The position numbers were made by a program, and so were the translations under genes. The notes below the pieces were generated by a model that worked only from the letters and a program-made list of their open reading frames with translations, did no database searches and was not told the DNA's origin. A stretch of DNA of 64,000 nt from positions 434,001 through 498,000 of the forward strand of contig NIVC01000176.1 in NCBI GenBank assembly GCA_002269645.1, given 5' to 3'. This DNA is from Macrostomum lignano. Its lineage: Eukaryota. Numbering within the stretch: position 1 is the stretch's first letter; each line of letters starts with the position of its first letter. This document shows positions 36,705-54,100 of the stretch, piece by piece.

Positions 36705-37692
36705 TGTTGTACCTGTGGTTGTCCTGCTGTACAGCGCAGTGACTTAGGCTTCGTCCTCTCACTTAGAAGCCTTCTTAACTTTAGTAGCGTAGGTAGTGCT
36801 GCCACCAGTTCCTTCAGGTCTCGGCCTTCGGTGAGGTGAGCTTCCCGTCGGAACGAAATAATGAAGTCAACGAACACAGCACGACGTGCAGATTTGCAGC
36901 TCAACGTATAAGGCGTCTCGTCAGCAGTACCTGCCGGGCTAGGATGGTAGAGGGAGGGCTGAGTTAGCCTCTCGTAGACTTGGGTTGACTTGGTCGGGTT
37001 TCAGTCGGAGCAGTAGGAATAGAGTCAATACTCGCAAAGGCTCGGACACTCGGGAATTTGGTCACACGCAGACGTAGAACTCGAGGTTGAACAGAAAGAA
37101 GACTCCTTGACGGAAACAAGGGGGAGAGAGCTCCTATTTATAGCCGGGAAACACCCACGCAGAAGACCTCGTGACTTGTTCTATTTTTAGAACTGACGTC
37201 ACTCGAGAGTCTTGGGCAGGGTACAAGCGTGCGGAAGACCTCGTGACTTGTTCTATTTTTAGAACTGACGTCACTTGAGGTCCCCGGCCAGAGTACACGC
37301 GGCTGTGACTCAGTTGCTATTTTTAGCAACATGAGTCACTCCTCTCCTTAGGGAAGGGAGGGGTCCGAAAGCACGTGACTCACCCGGTAAACAGGGCCAA
37401 CGAGTGCAGTAAACATGTTTACTGCACTTTAAGACACAAAGAACGCAAGAACTGTCATGTGACTGGCTCACAAGACAGGGAAAACGGGACGGGAGCGAAA
37501 CAGAGACAGCCCACAGCCGAGAGGCTGGGGGCTGAGAACGGAGACGCAGAAGGCCAGAACAGGCCACGGGCAGCAGCAGACAAACGAAAGGGAGGGGCGG
37601 GAAGCTGACCAGCGGCAGACAGCAACCCAGGGCGGAGGCGAGGGAACAGCTGACAAGTGCGACGCCTAACCATAAACTAGCGGCTCACTACA
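36705..37692 (-). repeat. 5' LTR
   Basis: Sense strand TGTAGTGAG...GGTACAACA; by eye identical to 27361-28348 except one base (36920 G vs 27576 A on +). Confidence 0.97.
37135..37142 (-). promoter_or_regulatory. LTR TATA box (copy at 27791-27798)
   Basis: TATAAATA on the sense strand, downstream of repeated TGACGTCA and TGACTCA motifs in the putative U3. Confidence 0.6.
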
Positions 37693-39031
37693 TTACTTAT
37701 ATTTTGATTTGAAACACAAAGAAAGATACTTTCTCCAATCTGATCAATATACAAAATTATAGTTTTTATGCATGTGTATAAGAAAGTGCTTGGTACATTA
37801 AATATGGTTATTGATTCTTACTGCTTTTTCACAATAAAAAAATTTATAACAATTAAGACTATATATAGCCTAGTTTGAAAAAAGTATATAAATGTCTAAT
37901 AGTAATAAGTTAAGACTAAAGAGTAATAGAGGCTCAAAATGACTTGGTAAAAAATCAGTACTTTATTCATCAATACCCTAGGTTTGGTAAGCCAATTAAG
38001 AATGAAATAATACTAATTTTAAAAACACTATTTGTGGCTTTTTAACCTAGCTTTAGCAATCTTAGAATCTTAGTAATTCCACCTTATAAGCTTTGATATC
38101 TTAGCAATCCCCCAATGAGCCTTGACATCTCAGCTATTCCCCTTTCCTATGAGCTTTGACATTTAAAAAATATTGAAATTTAATTGAAAAATTCATGCTA
38201 AAGGCATAATATTGATAAATATAACTTAGAATAACTTATTATAATATGTCAATAATCTTTTATTACAGGAGTATTTCTTTTACCCCTTATTTGATTGCTC
38301 TGTTAAAATGTGAGCACTTTTTGCTAATGTAAAATATGTACTTTAGTATAAAAATTTTTTAACAAAGTAAGCCTATTTTAGTAAAATGGTTGCACAAAAA
38401 TTATATTATATAGCTTTGGCTTACTACTTTTTTGCTTTTCTAAAACTAAATGATGTATTTATATTATCTTAGTGTTTTACCTAGGGTTATTGAAAGACCA
38501 TGGCAACAAAAAATGTTTGCAAAAGCAATCATAATCCCTCATTTTTTTCATTCAATCTTGCCTCTAAATATTTTTTTCTAGTCCAGGTTGAATTTTAGTA
38601 CAATATTAAAAACTTCTTTCTAAACAAATAAAACAGCAATTCATGATCTAGGCTTAGCTTTTTTCAAATTGTATTTTCTATTGCATCTCTTTTTCAATTG
38701 TAAGAGTAAAACCAAAAGTAGTGTGTATATTTGAGGCTATCTTTGTATTTATATAATTCTGAAATATCAGTTTTCTAGGGATACTTTGAATATACAATTT
38801 TAATTTGATTCAATTTTATTTAAATGTTTCATGGTACCAATTTATATATGGCTGCCAAGTATTAAAATAGCCAAGAATATTTCATTCATGTGGTTAAAGT
38901 ATAAACTTTAAAGTCATTTTTAATTGAATCTTAATGTTTATTACCATTTTGCAGTGATTAACTGAGTTGATTTATATTATTTTTTTAGTGAAACTTGTTC
39001 TAAATTGTGATCAAAAGTGGACAAAGAGAGA

Positions 39032-42741
<3,710 letters not shown>

Positions 42742-42906
42742 GATTTAATATGGTAGCGGTTTGATCTGACAGGAAAATCTTGTTTTAAATGCTTCCTAAT
42801 ACAGTAAAGTTGTCTCGTAGTCTCTAGAGATTTAAATTTTCCAAAATTTTAATAGCATCCCAAACAATTATCTCGCCTTAAATCAAATTGGAATTATATT
42901 TGATAC

Positions 42907-43291
42907 CTGGAATCGAGCTCGGGTCCTATGGCATGTCTGGAATCGAGCTCGGGTCCTATGGCATGTCTGGAATCGAGCTCGGGTCCTATGGCATGTCTGG
43001 AATCGAGCTCGGGTCCTATGGCATGTCTGGAATCGAGCTCGGGTCCTATGGCATGTCTGGAATCGAGCTCGGGTTCTATGGCATGTCTGGAATCGAGCTC
43101 GGGTCCTATGGCATGTCTGGAATCGAGCTCGGGTCCTATGGCATGTCTGGAATCGAGCTCGGGTCCTATGGCATGTCTGGAATCGAGCTCGGGTCCTATG
43201 GCATGTCTGGAATCGAGCTCGGGTCCTATGGCATGTCTGGAATCGAGCTCGGGTCCTATGGCATGTCTGGAATCGAGCTCGGGTCCTATGG
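42907..43291. repeat. 30-bp minisatellite (CTGGAATCGAGCTCGGGTCCTATGGCATGT)n
   Basis: About 13 near-perfect copies, ~165 bp after the eIF2B gamma stop. Confidence 0.98.
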
Positions 43292-43834
43292 GATACAACT
43301 CCCGCTTTGAATTGAACTGTTGAACTTCTGACAAAAAAGGCAGAAAGTCTCTTCTAGCTATCCCTCTGGATTTCCTTATATCCTATAATTCGAGGAACAC
43401 GTAAGTAGCTACCTGCATTGTGAATTCTATTTTCAGACATACCTAGTTAATTATATTGTTAAATTTCGATTTTAGCAGCAGCTGCAGTTTTGTTTGTTTC
43501 AATGGTGAACCGAAACACTTGCGCTTGCTTAATAAGCCAGTCATTCGATGTTGATAAATGCCAGATACGCTTTACAGTTCGCTGTTTTCGCAATTTGCTT
43601 TGAAGAACAGAGAAAAGAAAAATTGATTCAAATAAAAATGGTGCATTTTCCGGGAAGTTTGTGACTTGGTCATTTTCTATTAATATTTACATTTTATTAG
43701 TTCAAAAGTGTAAGTTGAAGAAAAAGATTGTGTCAACGTTAGAAGCTGCGGAAGAGGAGAGTAGAGTGGGATGGGGGGTTAGAGACCCGGCAGAGTAGAG
43801 TAGAGACCTCACAGATTGCGTAGTGGAGAGTAGA

Positions 43835-44625
43835 AACCTGTTATAGTGGGGTAGGAGAGAGTAGAGACCCGTTATAGTGGGGTAGGAGAGAGTAGAGACC
43901 CGTTATAGTGGGGTAGGAGAGAGCAGAGACCCGTTATAGTGGGGTAGGAGAGAGCAGAGACCCGTTATAGTGGGGTAGGAGAGAGTAGAGACCCGTTATA
44001 GTGGGGTAGGAGAGAGCAGAGACCCGTTATAGTGGGTAGGAGAGAGCAGAGACCCGTTATAGTGGGGTAGGAGAGAGTAGAGACCCGTTATAGTGGGGTA
44101 GGAGAGAGTAGAGACCCGTTATAGTGGGGTAGGAGAGAGTAGAGACCCGTTAGACCGTTAGAGTGGGGTAGGAGAGTAGAGACCCGTTAGAGTGGGGCAG
44201 GAGAGAGTAGAGACCCGTTATAGTGGGGTAGGAGAGAGTAGAGACCCGTTAGAGTGGGGCAGGAGAGAGTAGAGACCCGTTATAGTGGGGTAGGAGAGAG
44301 TAGAGACCCGTTAGAGTGGGGCAGGAGAGAGTAGAGACCCGTTAGAGTGGGGCAGGAGAGAGTAGAGACCCGTTAGACCGTTAGAGTGGGGTAGGAGAGA
44401 GTAGAGACCCGTTATAGTGGGGTAGGGGAGAGTAGAGACCTGATAGATTAGGTAGATGAGATTATAGACCCGGTAGATTAGGGTAGGGGAGAGTAGAGAC
44501 CTGGTAGAGTGGGTAGATGAGATTAGAGACCCGGTAGAGTAGGGTAGGGAAGAGTAGATACCTGGTAGAGTGGGTAGATGAGATTAGAGACCCGGTAGAG
44601 TAGGGTAGGGAAGAGTAGAGACCTG
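43835..44625. repeat. 31-bp G-rich minisatellite (GAGACCCGTTATAGTGGGGTAGGAGAGAGTA)n
   Basis: About 25 copies between eIF2B gamma and ROCK. Confidence 0.96.
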
Positions 44626-45114
44626 GCAGTGGGTAATGTGCAGGCAGGAATAAAGAGTTGTTGCCCGTCTAAAAGTGGAGTAAAGTGAATTCCAACGTAG
44701 GCGCAGTTATAATGTATCAATGTATCATATTGTACTGTGCAATAAAGTACTAGAGTCAAGTGGTATTATTAATATTAGCTTTGAATCGTATTATTATTGT
44801 TTACTACCTTGACTAGCTGCTGTTCAGTTATAGTGTGGGTACACTGTTATTGTGTATGCAGTCTAAAGGCCGAATTTTTTTGCGCATTGCAACTTCTGTT
44901 GCTGCTTCTGCCGGCCGTAACCAGTGTCTCCACTTGTTTCTTGAATGCAAAAGCAACGGAGATGAAAAAGTAGAATTTCGATTAAAGAAAGGCTCCTGTT
45001 TCTTATCAAATTCAGTTCATTCATTCATCGACTGTTATTTATCAATTTGTTTTCAGCTGCCCTATTTGCCAGACTGATAAAAGAACAAATTCTATTTATC
45101 ATTTGCTTATAATA

Positions 45115-48100
45115 ATGAGCAGCAATAATACAGGCGGTCAGCAGGCTATTGAGTCCGAGATTTTGCGCAATAGCTCAGCTATCAATATTGATAGCCTGCT
45201 AGACTGCGTTAGCGCACTATGCGACGATTTGAAATATCCATTGATACGAAAGTCAAAGAATGTCTCGCAGTTTCTGGAACGGTGAGTGAATGTAAAATGC
45301 AATTTTTGCTCTTTTTTAATGTTTGTCTGTGTGTACCAAATATGGCGTTTCAATGTGGTTTCCAGTTTGGCGCCATTTGCTTCCAGAGCTCAGAGTTTGG
45401 CGCCATTTGCTTCCAGAGTTCTCAGTTTGGCGCCATTTGCTTCCAGAGCTCAGAGTTTGGCGCCATTTGCTTCCAGAGTTCTCAGTTTGGTGCCTTTTGC
45501 TTCCAGAGTTCTCAGTTTGGTGCCTTTTGGTTCCGGAGTTCTCAGTTTAGCGCCATTTGGTTACAGAGTTCTCAGTTTAGCGCCATTTGCTTTCCGAGTC
45601 CTCAGTTTATCGCCATTTGCTTCCCGAGTTCTCAGTTTATCGCCATTTGCTTCCCGAGTTCTCAGTTTGGCGCCATTTGTTTCCCGAGTTCTCAGTTTAG
45701 CGCATTTTGCTTCCCGAGTTCTTAGTTTAGCGCATTTTGCTTCCCTAATCTTCAGTTTAGCGCCATTTGCTTCCCGAGTCCTCAGTTTAGCGCCCTTTGC
45801 TTCCCGAGTTCTCAGTTTAGCGCATTTTGCTTCCCTAATCTTCAGTTTAGCGCCATTTGCTTCCCGAGTTTTCAGTTTAGGGCGATTTGCTTCCCGAGTT
45901 TTCAGTTTAGGGCGATTTGCTTCCCGAGTTTTCAGTTTAGGGCGATTTGCTTCCCGAGTTTTCAGTTTAGGGCGATTTGCTTCCCGAGTTTTCAGTTTAG
46001 GGCGATTTGCTTCCCGAGTTTTCAGTTTAGGGCGATTTGCTTCCCGAGTTTTCAGTTTAGGGCGATTTGCTTCCCGAGTTTTCAGTTTAGGGCGATTTGC
46101 TTCCCGAGTTTTCAGTTTAGGGCGATTTGCTTCCCGAGTTTTCAGTTTAGGGCGATTTGCTTCCCGAGTTTTCAGTTTAGGGCGATTTGCTTCCCGAGTC
46201 CTCAGTTTAGGGCGATTTGCTTCCCGAGTCCTCAGTTTAGGGCCATTTGCTTCCCGAGTTTTCAGTTTAGGGCGATTTGCTTCCCGAGTCCTCAGTTTAG
46301 GGCGATTTGCTTCCCGAGTTTTCAGTTTAGGGCGATTTGCTTCCCGAGTCCTCAGTTTAGGGCGATTTGCTTCCCGAGTCCTCAGTTTAGGGCCATTTGC
46401 TTCCCGAGTTTTCAGTTTAGGGCGATTTGCTTCCCGAGTCCTCAGTTTAGGGCGATTTGCTTCCCGAGTCCTCAGTTTAGCGCCATTTGCTTCCCGAGTT
46501 CTCAGTTTAGCGCATTTTGCTTCCCTAATCTTCAGTTTAGCGCCATTTGCTTCCCGAGTTTTCAGTTTAGGGCGATTTGCTTCCCGAGTTTTCAGTTTAG
46601 GGCGATTTGCTTCCCGAGTTTTCAGTTTAGGGCGATTTGCTTCCCGAGTTTTCAGTTTAGGGCGATTTGCTTCCCGAGTTTTCAGTTTAGGGCGATTTGC
46701 TTCCCGAGTCCTCAGGTAAGCCGCCATTTGCTTCCCGAGTTTTCAGTTTAGGGCGATTTGCTTCCCGAGTTTTCAGTTTAGGGCGATTTGCTTCCCGAGT
46801 TTTCAGTTTAGGGCGATTTGCTTCCCGAGTTTTCAGTTTAGGGCGATTTGCTTCCCGAGTTTTCAGTTTAGGGCGATTTGCTTCCCGAGTCCTCAGTTTA
46901 GCCGCCATTTGCTTCCCGAGTCCTCAGTTTAGCCGCCCTTTGCTTCCCGAGTTCTCAGTTTGGCGCATTTTGCTTCCCTAATCTTCAGTTTAGCGCCATT
47001 TGCTTCCCGAGTTTTCAGTTTAGGGCGATTTGCTTCCCGAGTCCTCAGTTTGGCGCCCTTTGCTTCCCGAGTCCTCAGTTTAGCCGCCATTTGCTTCCCG
47101 AGTCCTCAGTTTAGCCGCCATTTGCTTCCCGAGTCCTCAGTTTAGCCGCCATTTGCTTCCCGAGTCCTCAGTTTAGCCGCCATTTGCTTCCCGAGTCCTC
47201 AGTTTAGCCGCCATTTGCTTCCCGAGTTCTCAGTTTAGCCGCCATAGACTTCGACTGTGGATTGGTTTATGGTCTCTCAGTCCTTCCCATACGTCCCTAA
47301 GCTTCCCAAATGTGTTAGAATAAAAGTGCATTAGAAACGCACGCGCAATGCATTAGAGGCCATGCAATATATCTCGTATCCATGCAGCCGCTGTTGCCTT
47401 ACCCGCTGTTCTAGTCTGCCCGAATTTATTTCAAGAATTCGACCGGCGCTTGTGTTTGTTAATTAGCCTGCAATGCTAGTCTGGTATCTAAGCGTTCTTT
47501 CCTTGCCTGCCCCTCTGAGGCAGACGGCAGTCCAGGGTCATTACTATTGTATTAAGCTTAGTTACTCTTTTTTGATTCGAGGAAGAATGATAGGAAACGG
47601 ATAATAACCAGTTCCGCTTTAGAGTAAAGAATGCGATCTGTTCCGATGTCACGAATTCGGTTTTTTTTAAACCAATTTCCTAAACTGCTTAGCAACAAAG
47701 AAAATATATAAAGAATTATAATATTTCAGGCTGCGATGCGCAATATCTTCTAGCTTAGCACAAATTTCGCTCATCGGCTTAAGTTTGTGGAGTCGCAAAC
47801 TTGGGTCTCTTAATAAAAATAGTAATTACAATAATTTCTTTAAAATTTCTGCTTTTGCTATCGCTCTGTAGCGAGAGAAACTTTCCTAGATGTGCTTGCC
47901 TGCAGCCAGTCCAAGTCTTCTTCTATTTTCATTATTCAAATAAATCTGGCAAATAATTGGATCTTTTCTCTGCTTCTATCCAAGGTCGTATGCTTTATGC
48001 TGGGCCCTTTGCTTTTATGAGATAAATTTGTCTTTTGAAGTATAAGTAAAATTTAGATTATTTTTATAATTATTTTAAATGCGTTATTTACTCTCGCGCT

Positions 48101-51100
48101 ATGATACTATTATTAGCGTGTTTCCAGTAAGAAATCTATTAACTACAGGAATTTCAGTTCATTCAATGGGTCTACCGCCATTTCCTCAGGTTTCAGTGGG
48201 TCTACCGCCATTTCCTCAGGCCCTTCAGTGGGTCTACCGCCATTTCCTCAGGCCCTTCAGTGGGTCTACCGCCATTTCCTCAGGCCCTTCAGTGGGTCTA
48301 CCGCCATTTCCTCAGGCCCTTCAGTGCCTGGGTCTACCGCCATTTCCTCAGGCCCTTCAGTGGGTCTACCGCCATTTCCTCAGGCCCTTCAAAGGGTACA
48401 CCGCCATTTCCTCAGGCCATTCAGTGGGTCTACGTGACCTATGCAAGCACAGGGTCACAAGGCTAGTTAGAAAAGTGACGTCACTCCAACCCACCGTCAC
48501 CAATCCCACCCTCGCAGGTACGAGGACTTGTCCAAGCAGATCAAGCGCTGGCGGATTCGATACACGGACTTCGAGCTGATCAAAGTGATTGGACGAGGCG
48601 CCTACGGCGAGGTGCAATTAGTTAGAAAGAAAGACTCGCAGGAGCTGTTCGCTTTGAAACTCTTGAGCAAGGCGGACGTGCTCAAACGGAGCGAGTCCTC
48701 GTTTTTCTGGGAGGAACGAGAAATTATGGCCACGTCTAATTCTGACTGGATTGTGCAGCTGCACTATGCGTTTCAGGTGCGAATTTATGCCAGTCTCTTG
48801 TGTACTTTTATATGGTCCCCGAGCTTGCTATGATAACTCAATCCCATGACCTACTCTGATCCCATAACCTACTCTGATCCCATAACCTACTCTGATCCAT
48901 AACCTAACTCTGATCCCAAAGCCTACTCTGATCCCATAACCTACTCTGATCCCATAACCTACTCTGATCCCAAAGCCTACTCTGATCCCATAACCTACTC
49001 TGATCCCATAACCTACTCTGATCCCATAACCTACTCTGATCCATAACCTACTCTGATCCCATAACCTACTCTGATCCCAAAGCCTACTCTGATCCCAAAG
49101 CCTACTCTGATCCCATAACCTACTCTGATCCCATAACCTACTCTGATCCATAACCTACTCTGATCCATAACCTACTCTGATCCCATAACCTACTCTGATC
49201 CCATAACCTACTCTGATCCCATAACCTACTCTGATCCATAACCTACTCTGATCCCATAACCTACTCTGATCCCAAAGCCTACTCTGATCCCAAAGCCTAC
49301 TCTGATCCCATAACCTACTCTGATCCCAGAACCTACTCTGATCCCATAACCTACTCTGATCCATAACCTACTCTGATCCCATAACCTACTCTGATCCCAT
49401 AACCTCTGATCCCATAGCCCATTCTGATCCCATAACTTTCTCTGATCCCATAACCTACTCTGATCCTATAACCTTATCTGATCCCATAACCTTCTCTGAT
49501 CCCATAACCTACTCTGATCCTATAACCTTATCTGATCCCATAATCTTCTCTGATCCCATATCCTACTCTGATCCATAACCTACTCTGATCCCATATCCTA
49601 CTCTGATCCATAACCTACTCTGATCCCATAACCTACTCTGATCCCAAAGCCTACTCTGATCCCATAACCTCTGATCCCATAGCCTATTCTGATCCCATAA
49701 CCAGCTACTCTGATCCCATAACCTACTCCGATCCCATAACCTACTCCGATCCCATAACCTACTTTGATTCCATAACCTGCTCTGATCCCGTAAGCTACTC
49801 TGCTCCTATAACCTAATTTGATCCAATATTCTTCTGATCCGATAACCAGCTACTCTGATCCCATAACCTACTCTGATCCCATAACCTACTCTGATCCCAT
49901 AACCTACTCTGATCCCATCCCCTACTATGATCCCATAACCTACTTTGATCCCATATCCCACTCTGATCCCATAACCTCCTCTGATCCCATAACCTACTCC
50001 CATAACCTACTCATCCCATAACCTACTCCGATCCCATAACCTCTGATCGCATAATCTACATATACATATTATGACCCTCCTTGTTCCCCCATCAAGTCTG
50101 TTTTGATCCATAGCGTTGCGTTGCAGCCTTCCAGTCTCCCGCCACAACCGCCACTAATCCCAGGACGAGAAGTACCTGTACATGGCGATGGAGTTCCTGC
50201 AAGGCGGCGACATGACCGCACTGCTGCCAGAGGACGAGGACTCGCCCTGCCTGCCGGAGAACACGGCCCGGTTCTACATTGCCGAGCTGGTGCTGGCACT
50301 GGAGGCTCTCCACGATCTGGGCTTCGTTCATCGCGACGTCAAGCCGGAGAACTGCCTGCTGGACTCGCGCGGCCATCTCAAACTGGCGGATTTCGGCACC
50401 GCAGTTCGGCTCGATCCGAAAACTAAAACGGTGACCACTTCGACTACGATTGGCACGCCGGATTACATCTGCCCGGAGATGCTCACCAATCAGGGCAAGT
50501 CCAGCACCTACTCCTTTGAAGTCGACTGGTGGAGCGTCGGCGTAGTGCTATTCGAACTGGTCTGCGGCTACACTCCATTCGCTGGAGACGACCTTCTGGA
50601 GACCTACAGCTGCATCATGGATCACAAGAATTCGTTGCAGAAACGCCTCGACGAAGGCCTGCCGCAGGAACTTTCGGAGACTTGCCTGGACATTGTTCGC
50701 CAACTGCTTGAAGAGCGAACTAAACGATTGCGTCTGGCTAAAGATGTGAAGAATCACAATTTCTTTGTTAATTCCCAATGGACCTGGGATCGAATCCGGG
50801 CTATTGACGCGCCATTCCCTATCGAGCTGACGTCCGACATCGACACGCGCTATTTCTTTGTCGACGATCCGGAGCCGTCTAGAAAAGCTAATAGGGAGTT
50901 GTTGGAGAGCGAGCCCAAGGCCTATCAGGGCGGCAATTTACCGTTTATTGGTTTCTCATTTCGTCAGCAGCAATGGTTTAGCGGCAGCGGAGGCGGCGCC
51001 ACCGGCTCAGGCGGTGGCGCCGGCGCTATAGCCGGCGGCGCCAATGTTGGAGCCGGCGCCGGCGCGGGCGCCAATGGTGACGAATTGGACAGATTGCGCG

Positions 51101-54100
51101 CCAAAGAGCAAGCGCTGTCCGCAGAGATTAGCCGGCTAAGGGAGGCCGAGTCCAAAGCTAAGCTGGGCCTCATGGAGGCTGAGACTTCGCTGCACAACCT
51201 GCGGCAGGAGAAATCGCGGCTGGAGGCTCAGCTGAACTCGCTTAGGTGCGTTGTCTGGGGATAGGCTGGGGGCCAGGATTTCAGGCTGGGATTTAGATTG
51301 TGGCTGAGTAGGGGCTCAGATTGAGGCTGAGTAGGGGCTCAGATTGTGGCTGAGTAGGGGCTCAGATTAAGACTGAGTAAGAGCTCAGATTGAGGCTGTG
51401 TAGGGGCTCAGATTGAGGCTGAGTAGGGGCTCAGATTGTGGCTGAGTAGGGGCTCAGATTGTGGCTGAGTAGGGGCTCAGATTGTGGCTGAGTAGGGGCT
51501 CAGATTGTGGCTGAGTAGGGGCTCAGATTGAGGCTGAGTAGGGGCTCAGATTGTGGCTGAGTAGGGGCTCAGATTGAGACTGAGTAGGAGCTCAGATTGA
51601 GGCTGTGTAGGGGCTCAGATTGTGGCTGAGTAGGGGCTCAGATTGAGACTGAGTAGGGGCTCAGATTGTGGCTGAGTAGGGGCTCAAATTGAGACTGAGT
51701 AGGGGCTCAGATTGAGGCTGAGTAGGGGCTCAGATTGAGGCTGAGTAGGGGCTCAGATTGAGGCTGAGTAGGGGCTCAGATTGTGGCTGAGTAGGGGCTC
51801 AGATTGAGGCTGAGTAGGGGCTCAGATTGAGGCTTGTAAGGGCTCAGATTGAGGCTGAGTAGGGGCTCAGATTGAGGCTGAGTAGGGGCTCAGATTGAGG
51901 CTGAGTAGGGGCTCAGATTGAGGCTGAGTATTGGCTCAGACTCTTAGCTTTAGTTCCATGGCTTCATCATTGCAGACAAGCCGAAGACGAGTCCCAGCGG
52001 CTGCACCAGGAGGCCGACGCGGCCTTGGCGAAGCTTCGCGACGCCGGACAGCAGGCCGAGCAGCTGCGCCGCCAGCTGGACGACGAGCGCGCCGCTCTGC
52101 GCAACGCCGAGTCAACTTTGAAAGCTTTGACAGCCGAGAAAGAGGCGGCAATGCTGGAATTGGAAGATCTGCGAGCTCAGCTAGCCAGTCTGGAGAAGAG
52201 CAAAACCGAATTGGAGGAGCGGGTGCGGCAGGCTGAGGCCAAGTAAGCCTACTTTGTTAAGATTAAGGCCTCTCATTTTCTTCCAGGTCATGACCCCTCC
52301 TGTACTGACTCCTGAAACATTCACAAGGTCATGACCCCTCCTGTACTGACTCCTGAAACATTCACAAGGTTGTGACCTGACACTATTCACAAGGTCATGA
52401 CCTGACACTATTCACAAGGTCGTGACCTGACACTATTCACAAAGTCATGACCTGACACTATTCACAACATTGTGACCTGACACTATTCACAAAGTCATGA
52501 CCTGACACTATTCACAACATTGTGACCTGACACTATTCACAAAGTCATGACCTGACACTATTCACAAGGTCATGACCTGACACTATTCACAAGGTCATGA
52601 CCTGACACTATTCACAAGGTCATGACCTGACACTATTCACAAGGTCATGACCTGGCACTATTCACAAGGTCGTGACCTCCTCCCCTACTCGAGGTAGTGA
52701 CCATAATTTCCAAGGTCTATGTGTACTTCAATTGTATTCTTTTTATCATCTTTTAACTAGCTAATATTCTACTGTAAGTAGAATGCATCTACATGCATCT
52801 TTCAATAAAAATTTTCCAGGCACTCTCAGGAGCGTCAGGAGCTTCTGTCCGGCCACCAGGCCGAGACGCGCGATCTTCAACAGGAGCTGCGCTCCGTACG
52901 CGACGAGAAGGAGGCGCTGCGCAAGCAGGCCGCCGAACTGGAGCACCAGAAGGACGAGCTGGACCGGCGGCTGCGCCAGGCTGAACTGGAGGCCGTCGCC
53001 AAGGATCGCAGCGAATCTGCTAAGCAGGAGCTGTCGGCTGAGCTGGCCAGAGCCAACGAGCAGCTGTCCGGTGTGCAGGCCGAGCTGCGGAAGGCCAGAG
53101 ATCGCGAACTGGAACTGGCCGGACAGCTGGCCGAGGAGCGGCAGCGGCAGCGGGCGGGCGAAGCCGAGATAGCGGCCGGGCGCACCCGGATCGGCGAGCT
53201 GGAGGCGGAGCTAGCGAGTCTGAAGGAGCGATACGATGCTCAGGCGGCGCAGCACAAGAAACTGGCGGATAGGTGAGCGTCGGGTTCGTGACCTCAGTGT
53301 GATTGGTGACCTGACAGTGCCGGGTTCGTGACCTCATGCAGACTGATTGGTGACCCGAGAGTGTCGGGTTCGTGACCTCATGCAGACTAATTGGTGACCC
53401 GAGAGTGTCGGGTTCGTGACCTCATGCAGACTAATTGGTGACCCGAGAGTGTCGGGTTCGTGACCTCATGCAAACTGATTGGTGACCCGAGAGTGTCGGG
53501 TTCGTGACCTCATGCAAACTGATTGGTGACCCGAGAGTGTCGGGTTCGTGACCTCATGCAAACTGATTGGTGACCCGAGAGTGTCGGGTTCGTGACCTCA
53601 TGCAAACTGATTGGTGACCCGAGAGTGTCGGGTTCGTGACCTCATGCAGACTGATTGGTGACCCGAGAGTTTCGGGTTCGTGGCCTCATGCAGACTGATT
53701 GGTGACCCGAGAGTTTCGGGTTCGTGACCTCAGTGTGATTGGTGACCTGACAGTGTCGGGTTCGTGACCTCATGCAGACTGATTGGTGACCCGAGAGTGT
53801 CGGGTTCGTGACCTCATGCAGACTGATTGGTGACCCGAGAGTGTCGGGTTCGTGACCTCATGCAGACTAATTGGTGACCCGAGAGTGTCGGGTTCGTGAC
53901 CTCAGTGTGATTGGTGACCTGACAGTGTCGGGTTCGTGACCTCAGTGTGATTGGTGACCTGACAGTGTCGGGTTCGTGACCTCATGCAGACTGATTGGTG
54001 ACCCGAGAGTTTCGGGTTCGTGAACTCAGTGTGATTGGTGACCTGAGAGTGTCGGGTTCGTGACCTCAGTGTGATTGGTGACCTGAGAGTGTCGGGTTCG

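Larger units (their letters stand above)
27361..37692 (-). mobile_element. Full-length Ty3/gypsy LTR retrotransposon (10,332 bp)
   Basis: Paired 988-bp LTRs with TG...CA ends, flanking TTAC duplication (27357-27360 and 37693-37696), PBS, PPT, gag with CCHC knuckle, pol in order PR-RT-RNaseH-IN. Confidence 0.98.

Noticed and set aside
29026-36747. Numerous plus-strand and alternative-frame ORFs within the retrotransposon
   Set aside because: Expected shadow ORFs of GC-rich gag-pol coding sequence; no independent motifs.
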